DNA of 61,392 nucleotides, filler included, from Eubacteriales bacterium (GTDB lineage: Bacteria > Bacillota > Clostridia > Oscillospirales > CAG-382), in the NCBI GenBank assembly GCA_045636665.1. It is 4 parts of 4 records of this genome, joined end to end, with 100 filler letters (N's around TTAATTAATTAA, not from the genome) between each part and the next. Parts side by side here need not be neighbours in the genome. Positions count along the whole stretch, not along the records: positions 19,224 to 27,444 come from JAZTXY010000121.1; positions 27,545 to 59,521 come from JAZTXY010000123.1; 2 more parts are not named here. One strand, 5' to 3'. The notes beneath the pieces were generated by a model that was not told the DNA's origin, ran no database searches, and saw only the letters and a list, made by a program, of their open reading frames with translations. Below are positions 20,290 through 30,484 of the stretch, in pieces. The translations under genes and the position numbers were made by a program. Position 1 is the stretch's first letter, and every line of letters begins with the position of its first letter.

Positions 20290-21138
20290 TTAATCATAAT
20301 AGTTTGTATATTCACTGGTCGAAAAGTTAGTACGCTTTCCAAGTATCGATGCCATAGCGATAACCATATAAGCGACAATACCGTAATGAGCGCAGATCTT
20401 ATATCCGGGTGCGCGGTTGGGCGTATAGTATAACATATTGTTACCCGAAATGTATTCCACAATCTGACCTTCGGTAAACAGCAACAAAAGCTCGTTCAAG
20501 CGCGAAATCTCAACGCCGCATTTTTCGGCAAGCTCGTTTTTCGAAAGTCTGCCGTGACAGTCAAGTGCTTTGATTATTGCAAAGCCCTCGGGCGTGCAAA
20601 GCTCACGCATAAGCTGCAAAGTATGCTCGTTTACGTTATCAAGATGATCCTTTAAGGTGTTCTTCACAATACAGGCAACACCGTCATCATCCCAAATCTT
20701 CATTCCGTATTCACTGCAAATACGAAGACTCCCCAAATCGTAGTCCCGCTTTTGTATTTCCTTGTTACCGACCTCGATAAAGTAAAGCCCCTTCCACATT
20801 TCCCAAAGATCGTTTCCGAGGTCGCGGTGAGCGTTTTCGGCATCGCGATTGGCTTTCGCCCATATAAATTCGTCGCCAAGCTGTTCGATCTTCTTCGAAA
20901 CGGCTTTTATATCGTCGTTCTCCTCGGTTTTCAAAAGTATATCAAGAGATACATCGTAAACCTCTGCTAACGCCTTTAAATTAAAGCAATCGGGCAGACA
21001 TTCGCCCATTTCCCATTTAGAAACCGCTTGTGCGGAAACCCCTATTCGTTCAGCAACCGCCTCTTGGGTAAGCGAAAGATTTTTGCGATGATGCTTTAAT
21101 TTTTCGCCGAATGTTTTTATATCAAGTGTAGTACTCAT
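20290..21138 (-). CDS. XRE-family HTH regulator with a C-terminal winged-helix-like region
   Basis: LTQEAVAERIGVSAQAVSKWEMGECLPD; second HTH-like segment LSKNELAEKCGVEISRLNELL. Confidence 0.88.
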   Translation of the reverse strand: MSTTLDIKTFGEKLKHHRKNLSLTQEAVAERIGVSAQAVSKWEMGECLPDCFNLKALAEVYDVSLDILLKTEENDDIKAVSKKIEQLGDEFIWAKANRDAENAHRDLGNDLWEMWKGLYFIEVGNKEIQKRDYDLGSLRICSEYGMKIWDDDGVACIVKNTLKDHLDNVNEHTLQLMRELCTPEGFAIIKALDCHGRLSKNELAEKCGVEISRLNELLLLFTEGQIVEYISGNNMLYYTPNRAPGYKICAHYGIVAYMVIAMASILGKRTNFSTSEYTNYYD

Positions 21139-21274
21139 ATCAATTCTCCCAACAAAATTATTTGCAGCTGCTGATCTTATTATATCACATTAAATTCAAC
21201 TTACAATAGTGTTTTTGTTGAAGAATACCAAGAAAAATCAACCCACGGTTGTTTATCCGTGGGTTGGTTTGCTT

Positions 21275-22408
21275 TTATAATAATTTTTTCTTTATATTTT
21301 TCAAGGTCTTTTCGACCGTGCCCTTTTCAAACTTCTCGTACAGGTCAAAATTACTGAATGTTCCGCCCTCGTCGTTAGCCCAGCCAACAAGCCACACGTT
21401 TTTATTTTCTTCGCCAAGGTTGTCGCTGTCGGAACGGAAACGGAAGATATGATATATCTCCTTTTTCACTTCAACTTTGCCAAGATATTCTATCTCGTCG
21501 GGTGCCTTGCCAAGCTCGGTAGGATAAACAAGCCAATTCACCATATTACTTTTCGCAAGATACTCGACATTCGCCAATTCCTGCGGAAAAAGCGATTCCT
21601 TACCGAGCATTTTCAGCATCGAATAGGTATTGTCCGCATAAACCAAATCGTTCGCAAGAAGCAAAATCGTTTCCTCCGGCACGTCAGCACCGAAAGACAG
21701 CAAGGTTCTTGCCGCAAAATAGTTAATATTGTTGCGTTTGAGCTTGAGCGCTTGGTAAAGTGCATCGATCAGCGCATCGTTTATAAAATATCTGCAGACG
21801 TCGCAAGCGATCTCGATAGCGACAGAAATATCCTCGTCGATATCCTCCATTTTGTAATAACGGTTCATCTCAGATGCGACGTAGTCACCAAACACTTTCT
21901 TCGCACCCTTTGTCATTTTATCTATCTGCTTTTGGAAATTAAGCAAGCCTTGATAAAAAACGCCTCTGTGAAACTCATCGGTAATTGACGATACTTCGGC
22001 AATAAGCTTTTCGGCGTCCTCCTCGGCCATCTGCTCTAACGCGAAAAACGCTTCTATATTGTTTTGCAGATAGCTTTCCTTGTTCACGTTGTCAACAAGA
22101 GTCTTTATCATTATCAACTCGGTTTGGGGAATATCGTTCGGATTGGAATAAATACCCATTACCATTCCCAACAAAACGTCCTCATACGCCATAATATCAC
22201 TCTTTGCACGGTAATTTTCTGCATTGTCCAAAGCGGGTATCAAAGCCCTTACTTCGGCAAATGCAAAATTGCTTATAGCCGCTATCTCCTCCGAGCTGAT
22301 TCTGCGTTTGCCCTGAAGCATATTTATCAAAGCCGAAATAAACTGCGTTTTCTCTCCGTAATTATCAACGCCTTTCGCTATTTCAATAAGATTTATTATA
22401 TCCGACAT
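21275..22408 (-). CDS. Hypothetical helical-repeat protein
   Basis: Long ORF with GGAGG RBS; C-terminal WL.YPTELGKAPDEIE motif; terminator hairpin at about 21240-21265. Confidence 0.7.
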   Translation of the reverse strand: MSDIINLIEIAKGVDNYGEKTQFISALINMLQGKRRISSEEIAAISNFAFAEVRALIPALDNAENYRAKSDIMAYEDVLLGMVMGIYSNPNDIPQTELIMIKTLVDNVNKESYLQNNIEAFFALEQMAEEDAEKLIAEVSSITDEFHRGVFYQGLLNFQKQIDKMTKGAKKVFGDYVASEMNRYYKMEDIDEDISVAIEIACDVCRYFINDALIDALYQALKLKRNNINYFAARTLLSFGADVPEETILLLANDLVYADNTYSMLKMLGKESLFPQELANVEYLAKSNMVNWLVYPTELGKAPDEIEYLGKVEVKKEIYHIFRFRSDSDNLGEENKNVWLVGWANDEGGTFSNFDLYEKFEKGTVEKTLKNIKKKLL

Positions 22409-22497
22409 ATTTTCCTCCAAAGGTTTTTTGATATTATACCATACAAAGTAAAAAGAAGCAACACTTCGTCGCTTCTTTTAGACGTTTTTTATAACTT

Positions 22498-25110
22498 TTA
22501 CAAGGTCTTTTTCCAAGCCTCGTATTCGTCAACGCTTCCGCGCCAAGTAAACATTTGGCTGTCGGCAAGGAGATACCTGCCGTCGTTGCCGCTTATCACC
22601 TTATAGTCGCGTCTTGCGATATAGCTTTCGTCGGTAAGGTTCTTTTCATCATACCGCCAAGTGTTACCGATATGTATCGGCATCATCTCGTTTTCTTTTG
22701 CAACGGTGCGGTAAGAGGTTAAATAGCAATCCGATTCCAAATGCTTGCCCCAAACGCACTTAAAGCGCACCACTCCGACACCCTTGGCGAACCAGAATTC
22801 CTTTGTACCGCACTCGGCGTTATTATAAAAATAGTAGTTGTAATCGTTAACGTTGCCCTCATTTACTACTGCATCAACGGTTACGCGTACCGTGTTTTCA
22901 AAAACGCCCGAGGGTGTTTCGACCCTGCCGCCGTCGGTAACCTTAATTTCGATTTCTCCATCCTTCCAAGGATGTGCCTTCTTTTCGGTATAACCGTCGA
23001 CCCATTTATCGTCCCAAAGAGTTTGGCAAAGCTGTTGCAGATATCTAAACGGCTTAACACCGAAGATTCGGTTTTCCTCGCCCCTTGAACCCCAAACGCC
23101 GATATCAAAGCTCAATTCCGTAGCCTCGTGATAGGAGATCGAGCTGTCTTTTTTGGTAATCTTACTTATGTTTGCCGACGACGGACAAAAACGCCAAGAC
23201 TTATTGTCATAGGGAAGCTTTTCTTCCATAACGTCGATGATTGAAAGCGCCATATCGACAGATTCGCGATCGCGGTTAAGAAGCACGATATTTTTAAGTA
23301 TTCTCAACGCTTCGGCAAACTGCTTTTTAGCGCAAAGATCCTCAACAAGAATAAACAATATCGTCGGGTCCTCGGTATTCTTTTCCCAATCCTTATTAAG
23401 CGCAAAATAGTTAAGCGCGGAAATACAAACCGTTTCCTCGGTGTTGGGATTAACTCCCATACGCTCGACAACGTATTCGTTGACCTCGCGCATAATATCG
23501 GGCTTAACGGGGTTTTCGTAATTCCAACGGTTGCCGACTGCGATAGGAAGCCAGCCGCTTCCGCCCTTAATATCGTAATCGCAAAGCACCTTATCGGCAA
23601 TCGGGTCTTCCTTGTTCGCGATCTTTACCAAGCCGACGCCCTGCTTATACCACATATGATCGCCTTCGCCGACGTTGTTTGCCTTTTCAATGTGAAGACA
23701 GTTTTCAAAAACACCCGCAGGTGTAACGACCGTTTCATCGGTAGCTATTACTCGGCGAATACCCACAAGCTTGCCGTTTTTATCAAGCATTTCCTCCTCC
23801 CTGCCCGCCTCAAGCGGAATAGTGCGCGGGAAGAAATATCTGTCGCCGTTATCTCCGGCATCCATAAAAATGTATCTTTGGAACTTGTAAAGTGCGTTGC
23901 CGCCGCGGTAATTACAACCCGGCTCGTTATGAATACAAACGTTGCCGTCTTCCACCTTCCAGCCCTCGCCGGTTACCAATGCCCAAGCATAATCTCCGCT
24001 CGACTCAAGCAAATCCAATGCCTTAAGCCCCGCAATAGTATTTGCGTAATATGCGTCGGGCGCGGTGGTTTGCTTGTAATCCTCCATCGCTCTGTTAAGC
24101 CATACACGCGCCTTATCGATCCCCTCTTTTGTGGAAGTGTCGCTGTAATACGCCATCCAGAATTTATGCGATGCGATTTCAAGATACTTCGCTTCGTTTT
24201 CGGGAAATTCGTTAAGTGCGGGGATGACCGTATTTTCGGTGTATTCGTATTTTTCTTTACTGCTTCCGAGATTCCAACAAAGGTCAAGATAAAGCCAAGA
24301 TGCCTTTTTCGTTTCGCCGTATTTTTTATAGGTTTCAAGCGCTTCCTCGGAATACTTGCCCGAATTTGCATTTACGGCGATATTTGCCGCCTTTACCGAA
24401 TAGTCCTTTGCATCGTTACCTTCGGGTATTTGCGAAATAAGCTCCTTTATCGCCTTATACGCTTCGTCAAAATCCGATTCTTGGGTATATGTTTTGTTGT
24501 AATCCTCTAACTTTTTTATTTTCGCCGTAAGCTCGGAAATGAAATTTTCGGAAAGTGTATGTAAATTGTCTGACATATAATGCTCCTTTCTAAGCTTTAC
24601 GCGTGCATCGTGTATCCGCCGCTTTACCGTACCGACCGAAATATCCAACCGCTTTGCGATTTCGTCCATGGGCAATCGGTACCAAAAATAAAGCAAAGCC
24701 GTTTCCCGAAGTGCGAACGAGAGGGAATTTATTTTGTCCTTCCACTCCCTCATGCTCTCTTCCGAAATATAGCTTGATTCTGGGTCGTAAACGTCGGCAA
24801 GCGATTCGATTTCATCAAGCGGAATCGTTTTCTTCGCACGCGCGATATGATTGAATGCCTTGTTTTTAAGTATACGCACGAGCCAATATTCAATCCTTTC
24901 GGGCTCGCGCAGGGAGGAAAGCTGAAGATAACCCGTAATAAGCGTTTCCTGAACAAGGTCCTCGGCATCGGCACCGTTTTGACAAAACGAAAGCGCAAAA
25001 CGGTAAAGCTTTTGCATATAGGCACGAACGATAACGCTGTACGCTTCGGTATTTCCGCAAAGCGTTTGGTTTATCGCATCGATAATAACGTCAATATTCG
25101 GTGTCGTCAT
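22498..25110 (-). CDS. ECF sigma factor with a roughly 690-aa soluble C-terminal extension
   Basis: Sigma2 DAEDLVQE...WLVRILKNK; sigma4 EIAKRLDISVGTVKRRIHDAR; extension contains two TPxGVFEN...WxxxGVGxV repeats. Confidence 0.88.
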   Translation of the reverse strand: MTTPNIDVIIDAINQTLCGNTEAYSVIVRAYMQKLYRFALSFCQNGADAEDLVQETLITGYLQLSSLREPERIEYWLVRILKNKAFNHIARAKKTIPLDEIESLADVYDPESSYISEESMREWKDKINSLSFALRETALLYFWYRLPMDEIAKRLDISVGTVKRRIHDARVKLRKEHYMSDNLHTLSENFISELTAKIKKLEDYNKTYTQESDFDEAYKAIKELISQIPEGNDAKDYSVKAANIAVNANSGKYSEEALETYKKYGETKKASWLYLDLCWNLGSSKEKYEYTENTVIPALNEFPENEAKYLEIASHKFWMAYYSDTSTKEGIDKARVWLNRAMEDYKQTTAPDAYYANTIAGLKALDLLESSGDYAWALVTGEGWKVEDGNVCIHNEPGCNYRGGNALYKFQRYIFMDAGDNGDRYFFPRTIPLEAGREEEMLDKNGKLVGIRRVIATDETVVTPAGVFENCLHIEKANNVGEGDHMWYKQGVGLVKIANKEDPIADKVLCDYDIKGGSGWLPIAVGNRWNYENPVKPDIMREVNEYVVERMGVNPNTEETVCISALNYFALNKDWEKNTEDPTILFILVEDLCAKKQFAEALRILKNIVLLNRDRESVDMALSIIDVMEEKLPYDNKSWRFCPSSANISKITKKDSSISYHEATELSFDIGVWGSRGEENRIFGVKPFRYLQQLCQTLWDDKWVDGYTEKKAHPWKDGEIEIKVTDGGRVETPSGVFENTVRVTVDAVVNEGNVNDYNYYFYNNAECGTKEFWFAKGVGVVRFKCVWGKHLESDCYLTSYRTVAKENEMMPIHIGNTWRYDEKNLTDESYIARRDYKVISGNDGRYLLADSQMFTWRGSVDEYEAWKKTL

Positions 25111-25153
25111 ATCTTTCCTCCTTTCCTTTTTTCTTCAAACTGCAGTCATTCAT

Positions 25154-25181
25154 AAAGACACGTAAAATTTCAAAAAGGTTC
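25154..25181 (-). promoter_or_regulatory. Candidate ECF-type autoregulatory promoter
   Basis: Minus strand GAACCT-16 nt-GTCTTT about 45 nt upstream of the ECF start. Confidence 0.55.
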
Positions 25182-25296
25182 GCAATTATTATAACATTTT
25201 TTATTTTGCCTTTCAACGGCGGTGAAATTTTTTAAAGAATACTTGACGGGCAGATAAAAAAGATGTATTCTAAAAACGATTGGAGGGCGATTTTTA

Positions 25297-26196
25297 ATGA
25301 AAAAATCAATAATTCTTTTGATAACGTTCCTTATGTTGCTTACGCTCGTCGCGTGTGCACAGGAATCGACCGATGAAAGCAGTATCGCCGAAGTAAGCGA
25401 CGAAACTACGACAGAATCGGCAACAAGCGAGGAGGAAAGCATGCCTGCACCGGAAAAGAAAACCTACAATATACTTTTTATCGGCAACAGTTATACCTAT
25501 TATAGCGATATGCCCGAAAAGCTTTTTGACCCGATTGCAAGAAGCGCAGACGTTAAATTCAAGGTTAGCAGCCTTACAAGGGGCGGCTGGTATCTTATCG
25601 ATACCGCAAACCCCGAAGATGAGCTTGGCAAATTAGTCGATGCAGCACTTAAAAATAACAAATACGATTATGTCGTGCTTCAAGAGCAAAGCACCTGCCC
25701 CGCACAATTACCGGGCAAGTTTTACGACGGCGTTCGCAAGCTTGTCGAAAAGATAAGGGAAAACGGCGCAACGCCGATACTTTATTCAACTTGGGGCAGA
25801 AAAACAGGAAGTGCAACGCTTCCGAGCCTTGGTTGGACCCACGAAAGCATGACGTGGAAGATCGGCGCGGCATACGAAGCCATCGCAAACGAACTTGAAA
25901 TAGACGTTGCCCACGTTGGCTTTGCATTCCATGACGTTTATACGAACAACTCGGATCTTACCAATATTTATGCCGATGATCTTACCCACCCCTCTTATAG
26001 CGGAAGTTATCTTGCCGCATTGACGTTATTTGCAAAGATAACCGAAACCGACCCGACTAACGTCACTTTTAACGGCACTCTCGACGCGAACATTGCCTCG
26101 GTTTTAAAGCAAGCGGCGAAAAAGGCAGTATTTGAAACACCCGAAATTCCCGAAGAATATAAAACGAAATCCGAAGGCATCGTTTACGTGAAATAA
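25297..26196 (+). CDS. SGNH/GDSL-like hydrolase lipoprotein (DUF4886-like)
   Basis: Lipobox LVAC, S/E/T linker, LFIGNSYTY, YDYVVLQEQS and DDLTHPS. Confidence 0.85.
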   Translation: MKKSIILLITFLMLLTLVACAQESTDESSIAEVSDETTTESATSEEESMPAPEKKTYNILFIGNSYTYYSDMPEKLFDPIARSADVKFKVSSLTRGGWYLIDTANPEDELGKLVDAALKNNKYDYVVLQEQSTCPAQLPGKFYDGVRKLVEKIRENGATPILYSTWGRKTGSATLPSLGWTHESMTWKIGAAYEAIANELEIDVAHVGFAFHDVYTNNSDLTNIYADDLTHPSYSGSYLAALTLFAKITETDPTNVTFNGTLDANIASVLKQAAKKAVFETPEIPEEYKTKSEGIVYVK

Positions 26197-26272
26197 GAAA
26201 AGGCGTTGACAACATTCGACGTTTTCGCTATAATAACCTTACCGTTTATTGAAAAATCTCAAGGAGCTTATT

Positions 26273-26794
26273 ATGAACGAACAATTTGAACCCAATTTTA
26301 CCGGCAGCAATCCCGAAAACACAATCCCACCTATACAACCTGTTGAACAAAAAAAGGAAAACGTTCTTGCAGGTATACTCGGCGCGTTTCTTTTCTCACT
26401 CGCGGGTGGTATTGTCTGGTTTGTGCTTTATCAGGTCGGATTTTTGGCGGCAATCAGCGGCATCGTCGGCGTTATCTGCGCAATTAAGGGCTATGCCATA
26501 TTCGGCAAGCGTGAAAGCGTAAAGGGCGTTATAATTTCGACCGTTATAGCATTTCTCGTTATCGTGCTCGCGTGGTATCTCTGTATTGGCTATGATGTAT
26601 ACCTTGCATATCAAGAATGGTATGCAAACGGAGATATCGATTTCTTTGAATCTATTTCCGACGCATCCACTTTCCTCGCTGAACCCGAAATTGCTACCGC
26701 ATACCTCAAGGATCTCGGTATCGGCTTGCTGTTCTGCGTCGGCGGCGCATTTGGTTACGACAAGGCGTCTATCGGCAAAGCAAAGAACAAATAA
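26273..26794 (+). CDS. Hypothetical membrane protein (about 4 TM)
   Basis: AAGGAG RBS; ENVLAGILGAFLFSLAGG hydrophobic segments. Confidence 0.75.
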   Translation: MNEQFEPNFTGSNPENTIPPIQPVEQKKENVLAGILGAFLFSLAGGIVWFVLYQVGFLAAISGIVGVICAIKGYAIFGKRESVKGVIISTVIAFLVIVLAWYLCIGYDVYLAYQEWYANGDIDFFESISDASTFLAEPEIATAYLKDLGIGLLFCVGGAFGYDKASIGKAKNK

Positions 26795-26805
26795 AAATTC
26801 AACCG

Positions 26806-26842
26806 ACAAAAAACCGAAGGCATTAAAACCTTCGGTTTTTGT
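26806..26842. terminator. Bidirectional terminator
   Basis: AAAAACCGAAGG-CATTAAAA-CCTTCGGTTTTT. Confidence 0.8.
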
Positions 26843-26843
26843 T

Positions 26844-27444
26844 TTATATGCTTGATAAATATTCCTCGGCGTAATGTGCCGCAACCGCGCCGTCGGAAAC
26901 GGCGGTTACGACCTGTCTAAGCACCTTCGTACGAACGTCGCCGATTGCATAAACACCCTCGACGTTTGTTTTTGTCGATTCGTTTGCAATGATATAACCG
27001 TTTTCGTCAAGCTTAACAGAATCGCGCAGGAATGCCGTTATCGGCTGTCTGCCGATGCTTACAAACAATCCGTCGCATTCGATTTGCTTTCTGCCTTCGT
27101 CGTGAACGTTTTCAACGGTTATACCGTTTGCTCTGCCGTTGCCTTCAAGTATTTCTACAACACGGCTGTTCCAAACGAACTCGACGTTTGAAGCTTTCAT
27201 AAGCGGCTCGTGATAGATTTTGGTTGCCCTTAAGCTGTCGCGTCTGTGAACGAGATAAACCTTTTTCACAATACGCGAAAGGTAAAGCGCATCGCTTACG
27301 GCTGAATTTCCGCCGCCGACAACCGTTACCGTTTTGTCCTTATAAAATCTGCCGTCGCAGTGCGCGCAGTAATGCAGACCTCTGCCGACAAGCAACGGCT
27401 CGTTTTTCAAGCCAAGCTCACGCGGATTTGCACCCGTTGCGATA
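26844..27444 (-). CDS. trxB: Thioredoxin reductase, C-terminal part (truncated by contig end)
   Basis: IATGA, YCAHCDG, VVGGGNSA, VHRRD, GVYAIGD and RQVVTAVSDGAVAA. Confidence 0.93.
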
Positions 27445-27544
27445 NNNNNNNNNNNNNNNNNNNNNNNNNNNNNNNNNNNNNNNNNNNNTTAATTAATTAA
27501 NNNNNNNNNNNNNNNNNNNNNNNNNNNNNNNNNNNNNNNNNNNN
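27445..27544. other. Artificial contig linker
   Basis: N run with TTAATTAATTAA. Confidence 0.97.
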
Positions 27545-28418
27545 TCTTATTGCTCTTTGTAAACATAAAGAGCACAATACCAATAAGTGCAAGGATGGGG
27601 GTGAAAGAGGAAGGCTTTAACAGCTTCAGGAACATATTGCTTCCCGAAATACCGCTAAGGCTCAAGATCCACGCTGTAACGGTGGTACCGACAGAGGAAA
27701 TAATTGCGGTAATACAAGTACCGATGTTCTGACCCATAATAATCGGGATCGCCGCACCGTAGGAAACCGCGCCGGTTGCCGCAAGTGCCTGAAGAATACC
27801 AACCGATGCAGAGCTGGATTGAATAATGGCGGTAAGCACCGCGCCGACAAGAACGCCAAGTATAGGATTCTTGAACATAATGAACATTTCTTGGAACGCA
27901 GGAATATCCTTAAGACCCGAAACCGCATCGGTCATTGTTTCCATACCGAACATAAGCGTTGCAAAGCCAAGAAGAACAATGCCAATATCCTTTTTCTTGT
28001 TGCTCTTTGTAAACATCAAAAGAGCGATACCGACAAGAGCAAGAATAGGTGTGAACGAGGAGGGCTTTAAAAGCTTGAGGAAGATATTATTGCCCGAAAT
28101 ACCGCTAAGGCTCAAAATCCACGCTGTAACGGTAGTGCCGATATTAGCACCCATAATAACGTGAATTGCCTGCTTTAAGGTCATAAGCTTTGAGTTTACA
28201 AAACCAACGACCATAACCGTTGTTGCAGAAGAGCTTTGGATAACGGCGGTAACGCCAAGACCTGTAAGCAAGCCTGCGAGCTTGCCTGTGGTAAGCTTAC
28301 CGATCATAATTTCAAGCTTACTGCCTGCGCTTCTTTCCAAAGCGTCGCCCATAAGGTTCATTCCGAAAAGGAACAAACAAAGTCCGCCTATGAGTGTAAG
28401 CACGTCGAAAATGTTCAT
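27545..28418 (-). CDS. Na/Pi cotransporter family protein, partial (last 147 nt are a divergent duplicate of an earlier segment)
   Basis: Two QSSS motifs and two GxNIGT motifs. Confidence 0.9.
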
Positions 28419-28633
28419 TTACATAACCTCGTATTTTTGTGTTAGGGTTTTTAAATCATTTAATTTATTGTACCCTTATCTTACGGCGAGAATGTAAAAT
28501 CCGTAATCACACACAAGTAAAATCGATGTAAAATTATCCAAACGGCAACGAAAGGCTTAACCGCCTTTCAAATTTTCGATGCGAACACCGCAGAATTTTG
28601 TTATTCTCTTTTTTGAATTGGGACTCGTCTCCG

Positions 28634-28670
28634 CCGAAAAGAAAAGTCGCTTTCGCGACTTTTCTTTCGG
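28634..28670 (-). terminator. Strong hairpin with GAAA loop, probable terminator of the XRE-TPR gene
   Basis: Minus strand CCGAAAGAAAAGTCGC-GAAA-GCGACTTTTCTTTTCGG. Confidence 0.65.
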
Positions 28671-28769
28671 TGAATGAAGCGTGACGTTGGTTCATAAAAT
28701 GATGCTTCGTATTGTGTAGCGCCTGCGAGTGTTGGGGCACACATCGCGAAGCGCGATTCCTCTTTTTTG

Positions 28770-29876
28770 TTATTCAAATAACAATTTAAAATCTTCTCGA
28801 TCCCAAAGCGGAGCGAAGCTTTTAAGCTTTTTAACTCTGTTCTTTAGTTGTTCAACGATTGTTTGGCTCATATCATCGCAACCTATCAACATATACGGAA
28901 GTTGATGATCCGATGTATAGTCAACCGAGAATCCGCTAAGGACACCGCAAGTAAAGCTTTGCTTTTCATAAGGCATCTTTTTTGCGTGTTCTAACATAAC
29001 GCGTAAATATTCGATTGCTTTTTCGGGATTGCCGGCAGTTACTTCAAGCGCGGCGCGGGTTTGGTAAACACAGCACAGGTACTTGTAAAAGCCGAGATAA
29101 TTCCCGTCGGGAAACAGAGCTTTTAGTATTGCTTCCGTAGCATCGAGAGAAGCTTCGACGTGTTCGTTTGTTTCTGTGGAAAACCAATAGCTTCTCGATA
29201 ACGATACAAGCAAATCTTCTGTTTTACGGTGAATATCGGATTTGCGATGCTCATTTAACTGCTCGCCTTGCAAACAGAGCTCCATCGCTCTGTTGCGTGT
29301 AATAGGCTTGTCGTCGGGAAACATTTCGGCGTATTTCACCGCTTCGTCGTAGCGGTTCATAGTCTTGCAACACACCATTGCGTTCCAAATCGCCTTTTCG
29401 CGTATTTTGTAATCCGCGCATTCTCCGATAACAATATTGTTATGCTCAATAGCGCGTTCAATCATATCTGCGGAATACTCCAAAGACTTATCTTCGATAT
29501 ACTCGGAGTGGTGCGACATATTCATCTCGGTATGCGCTAACCACAAAAGGTATTTATAATCTCTCGGATATTCGCTTACGGCTTGCAACGCGATTTTGTA
29601 GTTTTCTTCTTCGTTATATGCCGTCCAATTGTCGCAGTGCTTGTCAAATTCCGCGCGGCGTTTGTCTATTTCTTCGGGTTTGCCGCTTAATAGCTCGTCA
29701 GCAGACACGTGTAAAACTCTCGATAGCGGAACAATCAAAGATACATCGGGCATAGTAAGACCGCATTCCCATTTTGAAACCGCTTTATATGTCACACCGA
29801 GGCATTCTGCCAATCGTTCTTGTGTCATATCGTTCTTTTTGCGAAGTTCTTTTATTCTTTGTCCCATATTCTTCAT
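28770..29876 (-). CDS. XRE-family HTH regulator with a TPR-like helical C-terminus
   Basis: MTQERLAECLGVTYKAVSKWECGLTMPD; GNPEKAIEYL-type helices. Confidence 0.88.
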   Translation of the reverse strand: MKNMGQRIKELRKKNDMTQERLAECLGVTYKAVSKWECGLTMPDVSLIVPLSRVLHVSADELLSGKPEEIDKRRAEFDKHCDNWTAYNEEENYKIALQAVSEYPRDYKYLLWLAHTEMNMSHHSEYIEDKSLEYSADMIERAIEHNNIVIGECADYKIREKAIWNAMVCCKTMNRYDEAVKYAEMFPDDKPITRNRAMELCLQGEQLNEHRKSDIHRKTEDLLVSLSRSYWFSTETNEHVEASLDATEAILKALFPDGNYLGFYKYLCCVYQTRAALEVTAGNPEKAIEYLRVMLEHAKKMPYEKQSFTCGVLSGFSVDYTSDHQLPYMLIGCDDMSQTIVEQLKNRVKKLKSFAPLWDREDFKLLFE

Positions 29877-29971
29877 ATCATTACCTCACCAAATCAAAAT
29901 AATAAGCTCGGCCTTGCTTTCGAACACAGTATAACACATCTTATTTTGGCGCACAACACCCGCGCTGTTGA

Positions 29972-30001
29972 ACAAAACTCTCCCGACGGGAGAGTTTTTG
30001 C
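29972..30001 (-). terminator. Intrinsic terminator after the GNAT gene
   Basis: AAAACTCTCCC-GAC-GGGAGAGTTTT. Confidence 0.7.
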
Positions 30002-30007
30002 AACGTA

Positions 30008-30484
30008 TTATTTGCTTCCGAGCGTATCAAGCGCATCGCCCGAAAGGCGGTAGGTTGTCCATTCGTCCATCGGTTTTGCGCCGAGCGAGAGATAGAAATC
30101 GATGCTCGGTTGATTCCAATCGAGGCAGGACCATTCCAAACGACCGCATCCGCGCTCGACGGCGATACGCGCAAGCTCCAAAATCAAGCTTTTTCCGTGT
30201 CCGCGTTTTCTGTATTCGGGAAGCACGAAAAGGTCCTCGAGATAAATACCCGCTCTGCCGAGAAAGGTCGAAAAATTATGGAAAAAGAGCGCAAATCCGA
30301 CCTCACGACCGTCTTCGAGCGCAAAGATGACCTCTGCCTTTTGCTTTTCGAATATCCAGTCTTTAAGCAATTCTTCGGTGGCAACTACGTCGTCGGACAT
30401 CTTTTCGTATTCCGCAAGCCCTTTAATAAATTCAAGTATCAAGGCACAATCGTCGACCGTTGCGTTTCTGAATTCGGTTTTCAT
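30008..30484 (-). CDS. GNAT N-acetyltransferase (SSAT/diamine acetyltransferase-like)
   Basis: LAEYEK, FFHNFSTFLGRAGIYLEDLFV.PEYR..G.G and CLDWNQPSIDFY.SLGA. Confidence 0.92.
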   Translation of the reverse strand: MKTEFRNATVDDCALILEFIKGLAEYEKMSDDVVATEELLKDWIFEKQKAEVIFALEDGREVGFALFFHNFSTFLGRAGIYLEDLFVLPEYRKRGHGKSLILELARIAVERGCGRLEWSCLDWNQPSIDFYLSLGAKPMDEWTTYRLSGDALDTLGSK

